Shown: positions 40,284 to 49,611, counted from the first letter of the stretch. The stretch is DNA of 56,662 bases from Verrucomicrobiia bacterium (GCA_049515295.1 JBEKUF010000003.1:1-56662); one strand, 5' to 3'. Numbers and translations are program-made. The notes: generated by a model from the sequence alone, not told the origin.

Positions 40284-40994
40284 TTACCGTCCCGCCCGGC
40301 ACGCCCTCACGAATTCCCGGAAAAGCTTGAGGAATTCAGGGGCTCTTTTCACCAACCGCTCCGGATGGAATTGCACCGCGCAGCAAAACCGTGCGTCGGG
40401 CTTCTCGATCGCCTCGATGACGCCGTCCGGCGCGCGCGCGACGACTTCAAAGCCACGCGCGACACGGTCCACGGCTTGATGATGGCTGGTGTTCACGCGG
40501 TCAAAACCATCCATCGCTTTTTTCAACCTCCCACCCCTGGTCCACTCGATCCGGTGGGCGAGTGCATCGGGTTTTGGGTTGCTATGTCCGTCGATGTGCG
40601 GGAGGAGCGTGCCACCGAACGCAACGTTCATCACCTGGATACCGCGGCAGATTCCGAAAACAGGATGGTCGCGCCTGGCGAGTTTGCGCAGCACATAGAT
40701 TTCCATTTCGTCACGCGCTTTGTCCGCGCCGCTGATCTGCTTCCGCAAGGCCGCCGGCATTGCTGGCGCGTAACATTTTGCTTCGACGTCACCGCCGCCG
40801 GTCAGCAACCAGCCGTCGCAGGTGCCGATGTAATGATCGAGCACCCGCCGGTCACGCGTGAGGGGGACGATGAGCGGCACGCCCCCGGCCAGCTCAATCG
40901 CCTGCGAGTATGAGACGCCGCAAAACGCACCACGCCCGTCGGTGCGCGACGGCAGAGTGATCGCTTCAGGAGTAATGGCGATAACAGGTTTCAT
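40284..40994 (-). CDS. class I glutamine amidotransferase, peptidase C26 (PuuD-like gamma-glutamyl hydrolase)
   Basis: Nucleophile elbow FGICRGIQVMN and the HHQAV / FHPE boxes. ATG at 40994 overlaps the upstream gene stop (ATGA). Confidence 0.8.
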   Translation of the reverse strand: MKPVIAITPEAITLPSRTDGRGAFCGVSYSQAIELAGGVPLIVPLTRDRRVLDHYIGTCDGWLLTGGGDVEAKCYAPAMPAALRKQISGADKARDEMEIYVLRKLARRDHPVFGICRGIQVMNVAFGGTLLPHIDGHSNPKPDALAHRIEWTRGGRLKKAMDGFDRVNTSHHQAVDRVARGFEVVARAPDGVIEAIEKPDARFCCAVQFHPERLVKRAPEFLKLFREFVRACRAGR

Positions 40995-42145
40995 ATTGCC
41001 CGTTGTCGATTGGGCCACAGATAAACCAGCGCCGTCCCGACAATCAATCCGATCGCGTATCCGTTTGGCAATCCCGCCGCCATCAGACCGACCAGCATCG
41101 CAATGAGCAGGTCGGCTTTTGAACTGGCAATATCCCGGACCAACAACAACATGGCCAGACCTTCAAAGGCCAGCAATACGCCAAGAACAGGCTGCGGAAA
41201 CATCTGGATCAGTTGCGCGAAACAGCCGCTGAAAAACAGCCCCACAGTCAGGTACAAACAGCCATAGATTACAACCGAACCACCCGTGCGCGCGCCAAAG
41301 GTGTAGTGGCCCGCCATGCCGCCCGAACCGTGACACGTCGGGACGCCCCCGAACCATGGATTGACCAGATTCATCAGCGAGTACGTGAAGCTAATGGTTC
41401 GTACCGTCAGGGGCCTTTCCGGGAAAAAATCCTCCGCGATCTGTCGGGTCGCGAGGATCGAGTTGCCTAAGGATAACGGAATCTGCGGTATGGCCAGCAC
41501 GATCAGCCCCGTAAGCAAATCCTGTCGCGTAAGCGAATACACGTGGGGCAGACGAAAGCCGGCCCCTTGGCTCAGCACGCGAAAATCGACCTTCAAAACC
41601 AGGGCGTAGATGATCCCCAGAGCGATAACAATCAGCGCCGCTGGGAAACGACGATTGCCCATCAGGGCGATGACGATGACAAAACTCACCGCCGCCAGCA
41701 TGTAACCTGCCGCGCCATCTGCTTGGACGTAGTTTTTCAGCGCGAGCGTCGCCAGTTGCAATCCCAACCCAAATTGAATTCCGCGCACCACCGTTTTCGG
41801 TACGACACGCGCCAGCCATTCGATTAACCTGGTTACCGTGAGCACGAGCATCACCACGCCCACGACCAAGCCGCCGCCAAACAACACGCCCCCGCTCAGT
41901 TTCTGCGCGATCACCAGCGCGGCCATGGCCTTCAGCGGCTGCACGGGCATGGGAATACCGTAACGCAATCCCGTGAATATCTGCATCGCGCCGAACATGA
42001 TCAGCACGCTGGCGCTGTCGAGCCCCGCTGCAAGAATCATCCCGACAATCAGCGGCAAATCGGTGCCAATGTCGCCAAAAGCACCCGCGAGTTCATTGCG
42101 GTCGAAGCGAATCCAATCCCCAGGCATGGTCGCGGAGTATAGCAT
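40991..42145 (-). CDS. MOT1-type putative molybdate/sulfate transporter
   Basis: The N-terminus (RFDRNELAGAFGDIGTDLPLIVGMILAAGLD...QIFTGLRYGIPMPVQPLKAMAA) matches what I recall of the MFS_MOT1 family. Confidence 0.65.
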   Translation of the reverse strand: MLYSATMPGDWIRFDRNELAGAFGDIGTDLPLIVGMILAAGLDSASVLIMFGAMQIFTGLRYGIPMPVQPLKAMAALVIAQKLSGGVLFGGGLVVGVVMLVLTVTRLIEWLARVVPKTVVRGIQFGLGLQLATLALKNYVQADGAAGYMLAAVSFVIVIALMGNRRFPAALIVIALGIIYALVLKVDFRVLSQGAGFRLPHVYSLTRQDLLTGLIVLAIPQIPLSLGNSILATRQIAEDFFPERPLTVRTISFTYSLMNLVNPWFGGVPTCHGSGGMAGHYTFGARTGGSVVIYGCLYLTVGLFFSGCFAQLIQMFPQPVLGVLLAFEGLAMLLLVRDIASSKADLLIAMLVGLMAAGLPNGYAIGLIVGTALVYLWPNRQRAI

Positions 42146-42598
42146 AGTGAACGTCGATTCAGTGTGGCGTGGGAACGCTCAAATGCACCCGATAGAATCG
42201 CCTTGGCAGCTTTGCCGCACCGGAGTCGATGACCGCCATGGTGCTGCCCGTAGCGGCGTCGCCGCCGCAAGCCAAGCGACGACACAGACCAGGCAATATG
42301 CGGATGCTTTTTTCACGATCATTACCTTTCTTCCTGGACCAACCCCCAATCAAGGTTGGACGACAAGGTCAACCCAATTAATGGGCAACCCCCGGGTCCA
42401 CTTTCGGTTCGATGTCGTCGAAGTCGTCCAGCACAAAGGCACTCGACGGCCCGACGATATCCGCGCCATCCAAAATGCCTTCGACCTTGCCGAACCCCAT
42501 CTTTATTGGCCGCCTTTTACCACGTGTAGTTGGTGCATCCAGCGGGCAAGCCGCCAGTCGGCACAGTCAACAAAAGAGGCGTTCACCGTCAGGTCCGA

Positions 42599-43669
42599 TT
42601 AGAACGGGACCCTACCCGACAGGATGAAATTGTTGCGCACCAGGGGATCGCTGGTTACGGCAACCTGGTATCCCACGCCGACGGTCAGTGCCGCGCGCTC
42701 CCAAATGGAAAATCGTCCCAGTACCACTCCGGGCGTGAGCAGCAGTTGGTTCTTGTAGGCGTGCTCGCCGTTTGGATAGTACGTGTAGTTGGTTTCCAGC
42801 TCCGGCCAGATGACCTTTAACAGGCGGTACTGGAACGTGGTATTTAGCGATACGGGTGTTCCCGCTTCATTGGGCACAACACCGTTATCGGGTATGGAGA
42901 CGCCCGCCGTGCTTTGAATGTCGAAGTCGCCCCACCCTTTGCCAAGGGCAATGGTTGGGGTCCACGCGTAGTGATGGGACGTGAACGTTTCGTCTCCCCA
43001 GGGCGCCGAGAGACCGAGGAACGTCGTCAGGATGTAGTTGCCGTTCTCTTCGTTTGCCGACAGCCAGCGATACTTCAGCAGAAACGGCTGATCCGCCCAT
43101 CCGTGTTTGTTGGGCGATACGTCCTCCGTCTCCCACGATGGCAACGCGATGATCACTTCGACGTGCTCTGCAGGGATCAGTTCCAGACCTTTGCCGGTAC
43201 CGAAAACATCGAGGATGTGCCCGTTCGACACCTCCTCTCGGTAGATGTCATAGCGGACTTCCTCTTCCAACCGGGGAGTGACGGTGACCAGGGGCGTGAT
43301 CCAGTGCGGCTGCTCCGCTTGGGTCGCCGACACCCGCTGAAACCAGTTCTTGAAATAATCCGCCACCGGACCCGGACTCGAAGAGCTGTCGGGCACAGGA
43401 GGAGATGTGCCGTCCGCGAGGCACGGTGCAATTGCGACCAGCGCCAGCAGCACCGTCAGCGAAGCGGTTCGTGTGGCTCTACGACACGCGAACACAGCAG
43501 TCTCAGCGGCGCGATTTCCGGCGTCGTCTAAGCCGGACGATCGGCACGAAGATGGATTTTTCTTCCGGGTGTGAATCGAGCACGGGGTTGTACTGTTGTT
43601 CATGCGCGCAGTGTGTACAGTCATGCGATATATTTTGTCAAGTATATCGTGCGGCAAAGGCAAGCACAA
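42599..43669 (-). CDS. outer-membrane beta-barrel protein (MetA/phenol-degradation-like transporter family?)
   Basis: Signal peptide ...LTVLLALVAIAPCLADG, alternating beta-strand pattern, C-terminal ...ILSGRVPF. The true start is probably downstream of 43669. Confidence 0.5.
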   Translation of the reverse strand: MCLPLPHDILDKIYRMTVHTARMNNSTTPCSIHTRKKNPSSCRSSGLDDAGNRAAETAVFACRRATRTASLTVLLALVAIAPCLADGTSPPVPDSSSSPGPVADYFKNWFQRVSATQAEQPHWITPLVTVTPRLEEEVRYDIYREEVSNGHILDVFGTGKGLELIPAEHVEVIIALPSWETEDVSPNKHGWADQPFLLKYRWLSANEENGNYILTTFLGLSAPWGDETFTSHHYAWTPTIALGKGWGDFDIQSTAGVSIPDNGVVPNEAGTPVSLNTTFQYRLLKVIWPELETNYTYYPNGEHAYKNQLLLTPGVVLGRFSIWERAALTVGVGYQVAVTSDPLVRNNFILSGRVPF

Positions 43670-43700
43670 TCCCGGCGAAAGGATTCCGGAGTGAGGTGGG

Positions 43701-44048
43701 CTACCGCAGATGCCGCGACAATTCTTTCTGCAGGGTACGCGCGGCGCGCAGGCTCTGGGCCTCGATCCGTCGATAGAGGGCGACCGCCGTCTTGCCGGTG
43801 TCCGTCACGGTTGCCCGGCCGCCGTCGGCGCCACCGCGCCGTGTCACCACCAGCGGCTTTTTGAAGCAGCGGTTCATCGTTTGGACCAGCGTCCACGCGC
43901 GCATGTAGGACATGTCCATCGCGGCGGCGGCCTTGCGGAGGCTGCCCGTCCGCGTGATGTGTTCCAGCAACTCCGCCTTGCCGGGTCCCAGGGCGATATC
44001 GCGGCCCCGCACGATGCGGATGCGCGGAAGGATGTGAACCGATGGCAC
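43701..44048 (-). CDS. ModE N-terminal-like winged-helix regulator
   Basis: GPGKAELLEHITRTGSLRKAAAAMDMSYMRAWTLVQTMNRCFKKPLVVTRRGG..GGRATVTDTG. Confidence 0.7.
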   Translation of the reverse strand: MPSVHILPRIRIVRGRDIALGPGKAELLEHITRTGSLRKAAAAMDMSYMRAWTLVQTMNRCFKKPLVVTRRGGADGGRATVTDTGKTAVALYRRIEAQSLRAARTLQKELSRHLR

Positions 44049-44192
44049 AGGGTAATGATACCAGATTCAGTGGTCAATGATCAATACGTCCGTGCCGTTC
44101 ACGCTGGCGTCACGGAGACGTTTCGCGTTGGCGATCATCGACCCTGCGCTTGCGAGGGAGGTGCAAATGCGTCACGAAATCGGGGCTGGCGG

Positions 44193-45626
44193 CTACGGCG
44201 AGGGTGAAGCTCCCACAAACTTGTCCTGTTTCCACAATCCGTCGAAGACTTTCCCGTCTGGATACGTCATTTTACCAGTCCCATCCATATTCCCATCTCG
44301 GAATTGCCCTACGTACCTGCGGCCATCGGGCCATGTCATCGAGCCAATTCCATCAGGGAGATCGGCTGAGCCATCGACGACTTTCCAGTCCCCTTTGTAT
44401 TCTCGTCCATCCTTCCACGTAATCGTCCCGCCGCTCCTGGTTCCGTCGCGGTTCCACGCCCCCACCTCGGTTGTCCCATCTGGTGCCACCCACGTTCCGC
44501 TTACCCTGTACTCCTGACCTGCCCGCCACTCCCCTTGTTGGTGAGTTCCCGCCGGTGATGTAATTTCTCCCCGCCCGTTACGCTTGTCATCTTCGTATTC
44601 GCCAACGTACTTTGTCCCATCTGCCCACGTGAGCGTCCCTTGGCCGCTACGTTTGCCATCCCGAAACTCCCCCTCGTACTTCAACCTGTTTGGATACGTT
44701 TCCGTCCCTTGGCCGTTCTTTCGGCCATCCTTCCACCCTCCTATGTATTTGCGTCCATCCGGCAACGTGTACGTCCCCTGGCCATTCTGCTCGTCATCCT
44801 GAAACTCTCCTGCGTATTTGCGTCCATCTGGCCACGTGAGGGTCCCTTGGCCATTCCGTCTGCCATCCTTGAACTCTCCTACGTACTTGCGTCCATCTGA
44901 AAACGTATAGGTCCCCTGACCGCTACGCTTGCCATCCTGAAACTCCCCCTCGTACCTCCATCCATTGGGATACGTTTCCGTCCCTTGGCCGTTCTCCCGG
45001 CCATCCTTAAATTCCCCCACGTACTTCCACCCATTGGGATACGTTTCCGTCCCTTGACCATTCTGCCTGCCATCCTTAAATTCCCCAACGTACTTCGACC
45101 CATCGGGATCCGTTTCCGTCCCCCGGCCATCCGACTTGTCGTGCTTAAACTCTCCCACGTACTTCCGTCCATCGGGAAACGTTTCCGTCCCCTGGCCACT
45201 CCGCTCGCCATCCTTCCATTCTCCGACGTATTTGAGTCCATCCGGCCAGGCCAGTGTCCCCTGGCCATTCCGTTTGTCATTCTTGAACCCTCCAACGTAC
45301 GTCGCTCCATCTGGATACGTCTCCGTCCCCTGGCCGTTGCCACTGCCATCCTTGAACTCTCCAACGTACTTCGTTCCATCCGGCAACGTTGCCGTCCCTT
45401 GTCCATTCAGCTTGCCATCCCGAAACTCTCCTGCGTACGTCGCCCCATCCGGCCCCGTGAGCGTCCCCTGGCCATTCGGCTTGCCGTGTCGAAACTCGCC
45501 AACATACTTCGCCCCATTGGAGAAGGTTTTCGACCCCTGGCCATTTCGCACGCCGCATCCACAGAGGAACGCGCACAGCATTGGGATGGCAATTCTTGCC
45601 GCAAGTAACAGGCTCGGTCGCTTCAT
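44193..45626 (-). CDS. MORN-repeat lipoprotein
   Basis: Start at MKRPSLLLAARIAIPMLCAFLCGC (lipobox-like). About 14 canonical plus about 5 degenerate 23-aa units of the type Y-V-G-E-F-K-D-G-K-R-N-G-Q-G-T. Confidence 0.85.
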   Translation of the reverse strand: MKRPSLLLAARIAIPMLCAFLCGCGVRNGQGSKTFSNGAKYVGEFRHGKPNGQGTLTGPDGATYAGEFRDGKLNGQGTATLPDGTKYVGEFKDGSGNGQGTETYPDGATYVGGFKNDKRNGQGTLAWPDGLKYVGEWKDGERSGQGTETFPDGRKYVGEFKHDKSDGRGTETDPDGSKYVGEFKDGRQNGQGTETYPNGWKYVGEFKDGRENGQGTETYPNGWRYEGEFQDGKRSGQGTYTFSDGRKYVGEFKDGRRNGQGTLTWPDGRKYAGEFQDDEQNGQGTYTLPDGRKYIGGWKDGRKNGQGTETYPNRLKYEGEFRDGKRSGQGTLTWADGTKYVGEYEDDKRNGRGEITSPAGTHQQGEWRAGQEYRVSGTWVAPDGTTEVGAWNRDGTRSGGTITWKDGREYKGDWKVVDGSADLPDGIGSMTWPDGRRYVGQFRDGNMDGTGKMTYPDGKVFDGLWKQDKFVGASPSP

Positions 45627-45713
45627 CGTCGGCTCCGGTTCAGACAGCTTCTGATTGCCGGTTGTACCACTCTTGCGGGTTTTCTTCAAGCCCGTCGCGA
45701 TTCCATCCCGCGT

Positions 45714-46709
45714 TTAGGAAGCCACCAACACGCCGGCGCCGTGGATCTCACTGCGTTTGAGCGTGACCAGCGCGCGGTTGGCGTCCTCCAGCGGAAAGGT
45801 TTGTACTTCCGTGCGCAGCGGGATTTGTCCGGCCAGTCGCATCAACTGCCGCGCGTCATCGCGGGTCGCGTTGGCGACCGACCGCACGATGCGCTCGTGA
45901 TAGAGCCGTTCGTACTTCAACTCGGGGATCGGCGTCATGTAAATGCCGGCCAACGCCAGCGTGCCGCCCCTCCGCAACGAGCGCAGCGCCTCGGGCACCA
46001 GCGTGCCGGCCGGCGCGAACATCACGGCGGCGTCGAGCGTGGCGTCGGGAACGTCTTCCGCCGCTCCCACCCAGGTCGCGCCGAGTTCCGTTGCCAGACG
46101 CCGATGCTCCGCGCCACGCGTGGCGACGAATACGTCGCATCCCCAGCGCACGGCGATCTGAATGGCAAGGTGCGCCGACGCGCCGAACCCGTACAAACCG
46201 AGGGTTTGCTGCGGCCGCACGTTGCTCAGCCGTAACGCGCGGTAGCCGATAATCCCGGCGCACAGCAGCGGCGCCGCGTGGGCATCGTCGAAGCCGTCCG
46301 GTATCCCCACCGCGAACTGCGCCAGCGCACCAGCATATTCGGCGTAACCGCCATTGACGTGAAACCCGGTGAACTGCGCGCGCGCGCACAGGTTCTCACG
46401 ATCGCTCCGGCAAAACTCGCAGTCACCGCAGCTATGATGCAACCATGGCACACCCACGCGGTCGCCGACACGAAAGTTGCCGACGTTTGCGCCGGCCTGT
46501 TCCACCACGCCCACAATCTGGTGACCGGGCACGATCGGCAATTTGCTCGAAATCTCGCCCTCGACCGTATGCAGGTCGGTGTGGCACAAGCCGCACACGC
46601 GGACGCGTATCAGCAGTTCATCGTCGCCGGGCGCCGGCACCGGCAGATCGGTCAATTCGAGTGGCGACTGCTCCACCGGACGGGGGCGGCGAAGAAGCTG
46701 CGCTTTCAT
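45714..46709 (-). CDS. zinc-dependent alcohol dehydrogenase
   Basis: VCGLCHTDLHTVEGE, GHQIVG, structural-zinc CGDCEFC, NAD fold GLYGFGASAHLA. Confidence 0.9.
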   Translation of the reverse strand: MKAQLLRRPRPVEQSPLELTDLPVPAPGDDELLIRVRVCGLCHTDLHTVEGEISSKLPIVPGHQIVGVVEQAGANVGNFRVGDRVGVPWLHHSCGDCEFCRSDRENLCARAQFTGFHVNGGYAEYAGALAQFAVGIPDGFDDAHAAPLLCAGIIGYRALRLSNVRPQQTLGLYGFGASAHLAIQIAVRWGCDVFVATRGAEHRRLATELGATWVGAAEDVPDATLDAAVMFAPAGTLVPEALRSLRRGGTLALAGIYMTPIPELKYERLYHERIVRSVANATRDDARQLMRLAGQIPLRTEVQTFPLEDANRALVTLKRSEIHGAGVLVAS

Positions 46710-46733
46710 CGCTACACCTCGACGCGCGGTGTG

Positions 46734-47582
46734 TCACTTCCCCCGCACCAGCAGCACCGGCACGTCGCTCTTGCGCAGGACGTGGGAGGTCGTCGAGCCG
46801 AGGATGAATTCGCGGATGCGTGTGTGACCGTACGCGCCCATGACGATGAGGTCGACGCCAATGGATTCTTTCAACTCGAGAATCTTGGTTTCGGGATCGC
46901 CGTGGAGGGTCTCCAGGTTGGCGGTGACGCCGGCTTCCGCCGCCTGCTGTTTTGCCTTGTGCAGGGCTTGGGACGCGGCGTCCTCGGCGCCGAGAGCGGC
47001 GACGGTCGTGATGGTGACCTTCGCCCCGAGGGCGGGGGCGAGCGCGATGCCCGCACGCAACGCCTTGCTGGATTCTTCGCTGCCGTCGTAGGCAATGAGG
47101 ACGTGCTGGATTTGACGGAACTTGCCGGGCGTCACCAGGCAGGGTTTGACGGAAGCGCGCACGACGTGCTCGACGCTCGAGCCGAGCGCGCCCGCCAGCC
47201 AGGCGGCGTGTTCGCCCCGCCGGCCAAGCACAATCAGGTCCGCTGTCCCTTCCTGCTCCAAAATGATTGGGGCGAGACTGCCGGTTTCGTAACTGGTTTC
47301 GCAGCTAACCCCGCTGTCCCGACAGCGTTTCTTGACGGCGGCGAGGACCGTGGCGGCTTTCTCGCGCTGGATCTGCTGGAGTTGCGGCAACAGCGCGGCA
47401 TACGGCTGGGCGCCGATTGCGCCCGAAAAATCCGCGATCCACGGGCCTTCGAGAAGGCGAACGTCGGTGACGTAGAGCGCCCGCAGCCGCGCCTTGAGCC
47501 GTTTGCCAAACCAAATCGCGTAATCGGCGGCGGCGTCCGCTGCGGGCGAGCCGTCTGTGCACACCAGGATGTTTTGATACAT
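46734..47582 (-). CDS. tandem universal stress protein (2x UspA domain)
   Basis: MYQNILVCTDGSPAADAA... and a second domain (HVLIAYDGSEES...IVMGAYGHTRIREFILGSTTSHVLRKSDVPVLLV). RBS GAAAGGAAG lies before the ATG at 47582. Confidence 0.85.
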   Translation of the reverse strand: MYQNILVCTDGSPAADAAADYAIWFGKRLKARLRALYVTDVRLLEGPWIADFSGAIGAQPYAALLPQLQQIQREKAATVLAAVKKRCRDSGVSCETSYETGSLAPIILEQEGTADLIVLGRRGEHAAWLAGALGSSVEHVVRASVKPCLVTPGKFRQIQHVLIAYDGSEESSKALRAGIALAPALGAKVTITTVAALGAEDAASQALHKAKQQAAEAGVTANLETLHGDPETKILELKESIGVDLIVMGAYGHTRIREFILGSTTSHVLRKSDVPVLLVRGK

Positions 47583-47696
47583 GGTCGCTTCCTTTCGTGC
47601 CTTCTGGCAACCGATGCAAGCATACACCCAGAGGGCCGGCGACGCCAAACCGCGGCGTTGACAAGGCGCCGATTTGCCTGTAATGCTCTTCGGTGC

Positions 47697-47773
47697 GGGC
47701 GCTTAGCTCAGTTGGCCAGAGCACCTCGTTTACACCGAGGGGGTCAAAGGTTCAAGTCCTTTAGCGCCCACCA
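47697..47773 (+). tRNA. tRNA-Val (anticodon TAC)
   Basis: Hand-folded cloverleaf: acceptor GGGCGCT/AGCGCCC, D stem GCTC/GAGC, anticodon stem CCTCG/CGAGG with loop TTTACAC, T arm AAAGG-TTCAAGT-CCTTT. Encoded CCA. Confidence 0.93.
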
Positions 47774-47866
47774 TATAGCGGCCGATTCGACGTCCGAAAC
47801 ACGAGATCCGACGACGGTGATTTGCAGGCTTTCGTCTTCGAGACCGAGAGTTGACGCAACGCGGGT

Positions 47867-47944
47867 GGGGGTGTAGCTCAACTGGTTCAGAGCGCTGCCC
47901 TGTCACGGCAGAGGTTGCGGGTTCGAGCCCCGTCACTCCCGCCA
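47867..47944 (+). tRNA. tRNA-Asp (anticodon GTC)
   Basis: Acceptor GGGGGTG/CACTCCC (one G-T pair), anticodon stem CTGCC/GGCAG with loop CTGTCAC, T arm GCGGG-TTCGAGC-CCCGT. Encoded CCA. Confidence 0.93.
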
Positions 47945-47953
47945 ATTTTTCTT

Positions 47954-47992
47954 GCCACAACAAGTTATTATTCTGCTTGTTGTGGCATTTTT
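47954..47992 (+). terminator. rho-independent terminator after the tRNA pair
   Basis: GCCACAACAAG ttattattctg CTTGTTGTGGC ATTTTT (11-bp perfect stem plus T-run). Confidence 0.8.
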
Positions 47993-48162
47993 CTCTGTCA
48001 AGATTTGCTCCCCGCATTTGGCTAAAAACAGCCAATCACTCACCCGTTTTAGGGCATTTTCAGGTCGTCGGGTGAGTGCTCTTCGGGGCAAAAAAGAGCA
48101 ACGGGCTCGATAATGCGGGCAGTTGCCGAGGAGGAACGGGGCAGGACTCTGAACAGTCGAGC

Positions 48163-48224
48163 AACACCCCAACCCGCTTCATGGGCAGCAATGGCGGGCA
48201 ACGGCGGCGGGAGGCTATGGCAGG
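48163..48224 (+). repeat. G-rich co-oriented element, copy G1 (includes a remnant of the flp 3' flank)
   Basis: caacaccccaacccgcttcatgggcagcaatggcgggcaacggcggcgggaggctatggcagg; compare with 48441-48524. Confidence 0.75.
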
Positions 48225-48248
48225 CTACCTGCTACTCAGGGGAGGTTT

Positions 48249-48422
48249 ATGAATAAGCATCTGCAAAAACTTGTTCGGGTGATCACCAGGAAATCGGGTC
48301 AGAGTCTGGTCGAGTACGCACTGATTCTGGCATTGATTGCCGTGGTCGCAATCGTAGTCCTACGGGGTATCGGCGCCCACGTTAACAACACGCTGTCGAC
48401 CATCAACTCGAACCTGCCATGA
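48249..48422 (+). CDS. flp: Flp/Fap-family type IVb pilin (57 aa; below the ORF-track size cut-off)
   Basis: Manual translation: MNKHLQKLVRVITRKSGQSLVEYALILALIAVVAIVVLRGIGAHVNNTLSTINSNLP. G/xxxVEY processing motif plus hydrophobic helix. RBS GGAGG 5 nt upstream. Confidence 0.85.
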   Translation: MNKHLQKLVRVITRKSGQSLVEYALILALIAVVAIVVLRGIGAHVNNTLSTINSNLP

Positions 48423-48470
48423 CCTTCGGCTGAGGGCAGTCGCCAGCAGCCCTCCACCCCCACTCGATTC

Positions 48471-48524
48471 ATGGCAGGGGCGATGGCGGCGGGTTTGGGC
48501 GGAAACGGGCGGCGGGAGGCTGGC
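48471..48524 (+). repeat. G-rich co-oriented element, copy G2
   Basis: atggcaggggcgatggcggcgggtttgggcggaaacgggcggcgggaggctgg. Contains a strict G4 motif at 48491-48516. Confidence 0.8.
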
Positions 48525-48548
48525 AAACTGTATGCTTATTCCAGGAGC

Positions 48549-49013
48549 ATGGCTGCAAGTAATTGCCGTCAAAAACCGTGCATTCTTGCTATCGACGATG
48601 AGGAGATTTTTCTGGGCTTCCTCAAGGTGGCGTTGGAATGCTTGGGCTACAGAGTGTTTATTGCCTCCAATCCACTGGAAGCCCTCATGGTTTATGAAGA
48701 ACGTTGGCGAGAGATTGACATGGTGGTATTGGACTTCTTGCTACCCCCACTGACGGGCGACTTCGTCTTCGATGAACTCCAACGCTTCAATCCAGACGTG
48801 CGAGTCGTATTGCTGACGGGCTGTGATGAACCCGTGGCAGCCAAGATGTTTCAGAAAGGTCTGCGCGGCTACCTGAAAAAGCCCTTCAGCCCGACTGACC
48901 TTGCTCAGAAAGTGGAGGATGCAATCAGAACGCCATCGGCACGCCCCGCCACATCGCCACCACCCGCTCCAACTAACGGCGGCAGGGGGCAATGGCGGCG
49001 GGATACGGCTTGA
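48549..49013 (+). CDS. stand-alone response-regulator receiver domain protein
   Basis: ATG at 48549 after AGGAGC. CILAIDDEE...MVVLDFLLPPLTG...VVLLTGC...YLKKPF. The last ~12 codons are supplied by G-rich copy G3. Confidence 0.8.
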   Translation: MAASNCRQKPCILAIDDEEIFLGFLKVALECLGYRVFIASNPLEALMVYEERWREIDMVVLDFLLPPLTGDFVFDELQRFNPDVRVVLLTGCDEPVAAKMFQKGLRGYLKKPFSPTDLAQKVEDAIRTPSARPATSPPPAPTNGGRGQWRRDTA

Positions 49014-49029
49014 CGGCGGCGGGGGGGCA
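48977..49029 (+). repeat. G-rich co-oriented element, copy G3
   Basis: cggcggcagggggcaatggcggcgggatacggcttgacggcggcgggggggcag. Confidence 0.7.
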
Positions 49030-49121
49030 GAATTTAATTCTCCACCTCAATCTGCCGGGTCTGGCTTTTTCTGCTTTCCTCTCGCTTCCGCCAGAGTTCT
49101 AATGGAGTTCACACACATGGC

Positions 49122-49502
49122 ATGAAGACACAGTCACTTCGAAACTTCGACGTCGTCCTAAACAGGGTTCTGGACGTAGCCGGTTTCATTACGATGGCGG
49201 TTGTTCTGACCGCTATCGTTGCGAAGTTGGTCGGCTGGAAAGGAGACCCCGTTGCCCTGTTCCTGCGGCTTCCCCTTTCCGTTCTGATAGCGTGCGATAT
49301 TGCTATTAGCGGCATCAGTGCAGAAGTCGTTGCGTTGACCCTCAGAGCGTGTCTTCCCTCCAGGGCGAGGCATAGTGAGCGGACACGCTTTGGATTACTC
49401 GTCGTCTTATGGATTTTGTTTGCAGTCGTTCAGATTACGTTCTTGATACGGTACCAGCAACCGCTCCAACAATGGTGGCGAACATCAGGCGGCTTCTTTT
49501 AA
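49122..49502 (+). CDS. hypothetical small membrane protein (3-4 TM)
   Basis: 126-aa ORF with hydrophobic segments (VAGFITMAVVLTAIVAKLV, LSVLIACDIAISGISAEVVAL, FGLLVVLWILFAVVQITFLI). Confidence 0.45.
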   Translation: MKTQSLRNFDVVLNRVLDVAGFITMAVVLTAIVAKLVGWKGDPVALFLRLPLSVLIACDIAISGISAEVVALTLRACLPSRARHSERTRFGLLVVLWILFAVVQITFLIRYQQPLQQWWRTSGGFF

Positions 49503-49589
49503 CGGGTTCGGGCGGGAACTGGCGGCGAGGACTATGGGCGGGGGGACGGCGGCGGAGGCAATGGCGGCGGGATGCGGGCGGGTTGGGCG
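49503..49589 (+). repeat. G-rich co-oriented element, copy G4 (double length)
   Basis: cgggttcgggcgggaactggcggcgagg...ggcggcggaggcaatggcggcgggatgcgggcgggttgggc. Strict G4 motif at 49569-49587. Confidence 0.8.
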
Positions 49590-49611
49590 AAAAGATTGGT
49601 AGGCGGTTCGT

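Noticed and set aside
42146-42598. Moco riboswitch in the leader of the MOT1-type transporter
   Set aside because: I could not recognise the conserved Moco motif core by eye. It is left as something to test with the Rfam model rather than claimed.
48471-48548. Upstream extension of the receiver ORF (MAGAMAAGLGGNGRREAGKLYAYSRS...)
   Set aside because: This stretch is the translation of G-rich element G2. A good RBS (AGGAGC) and the receiver homology begin at the ATG at 48549.
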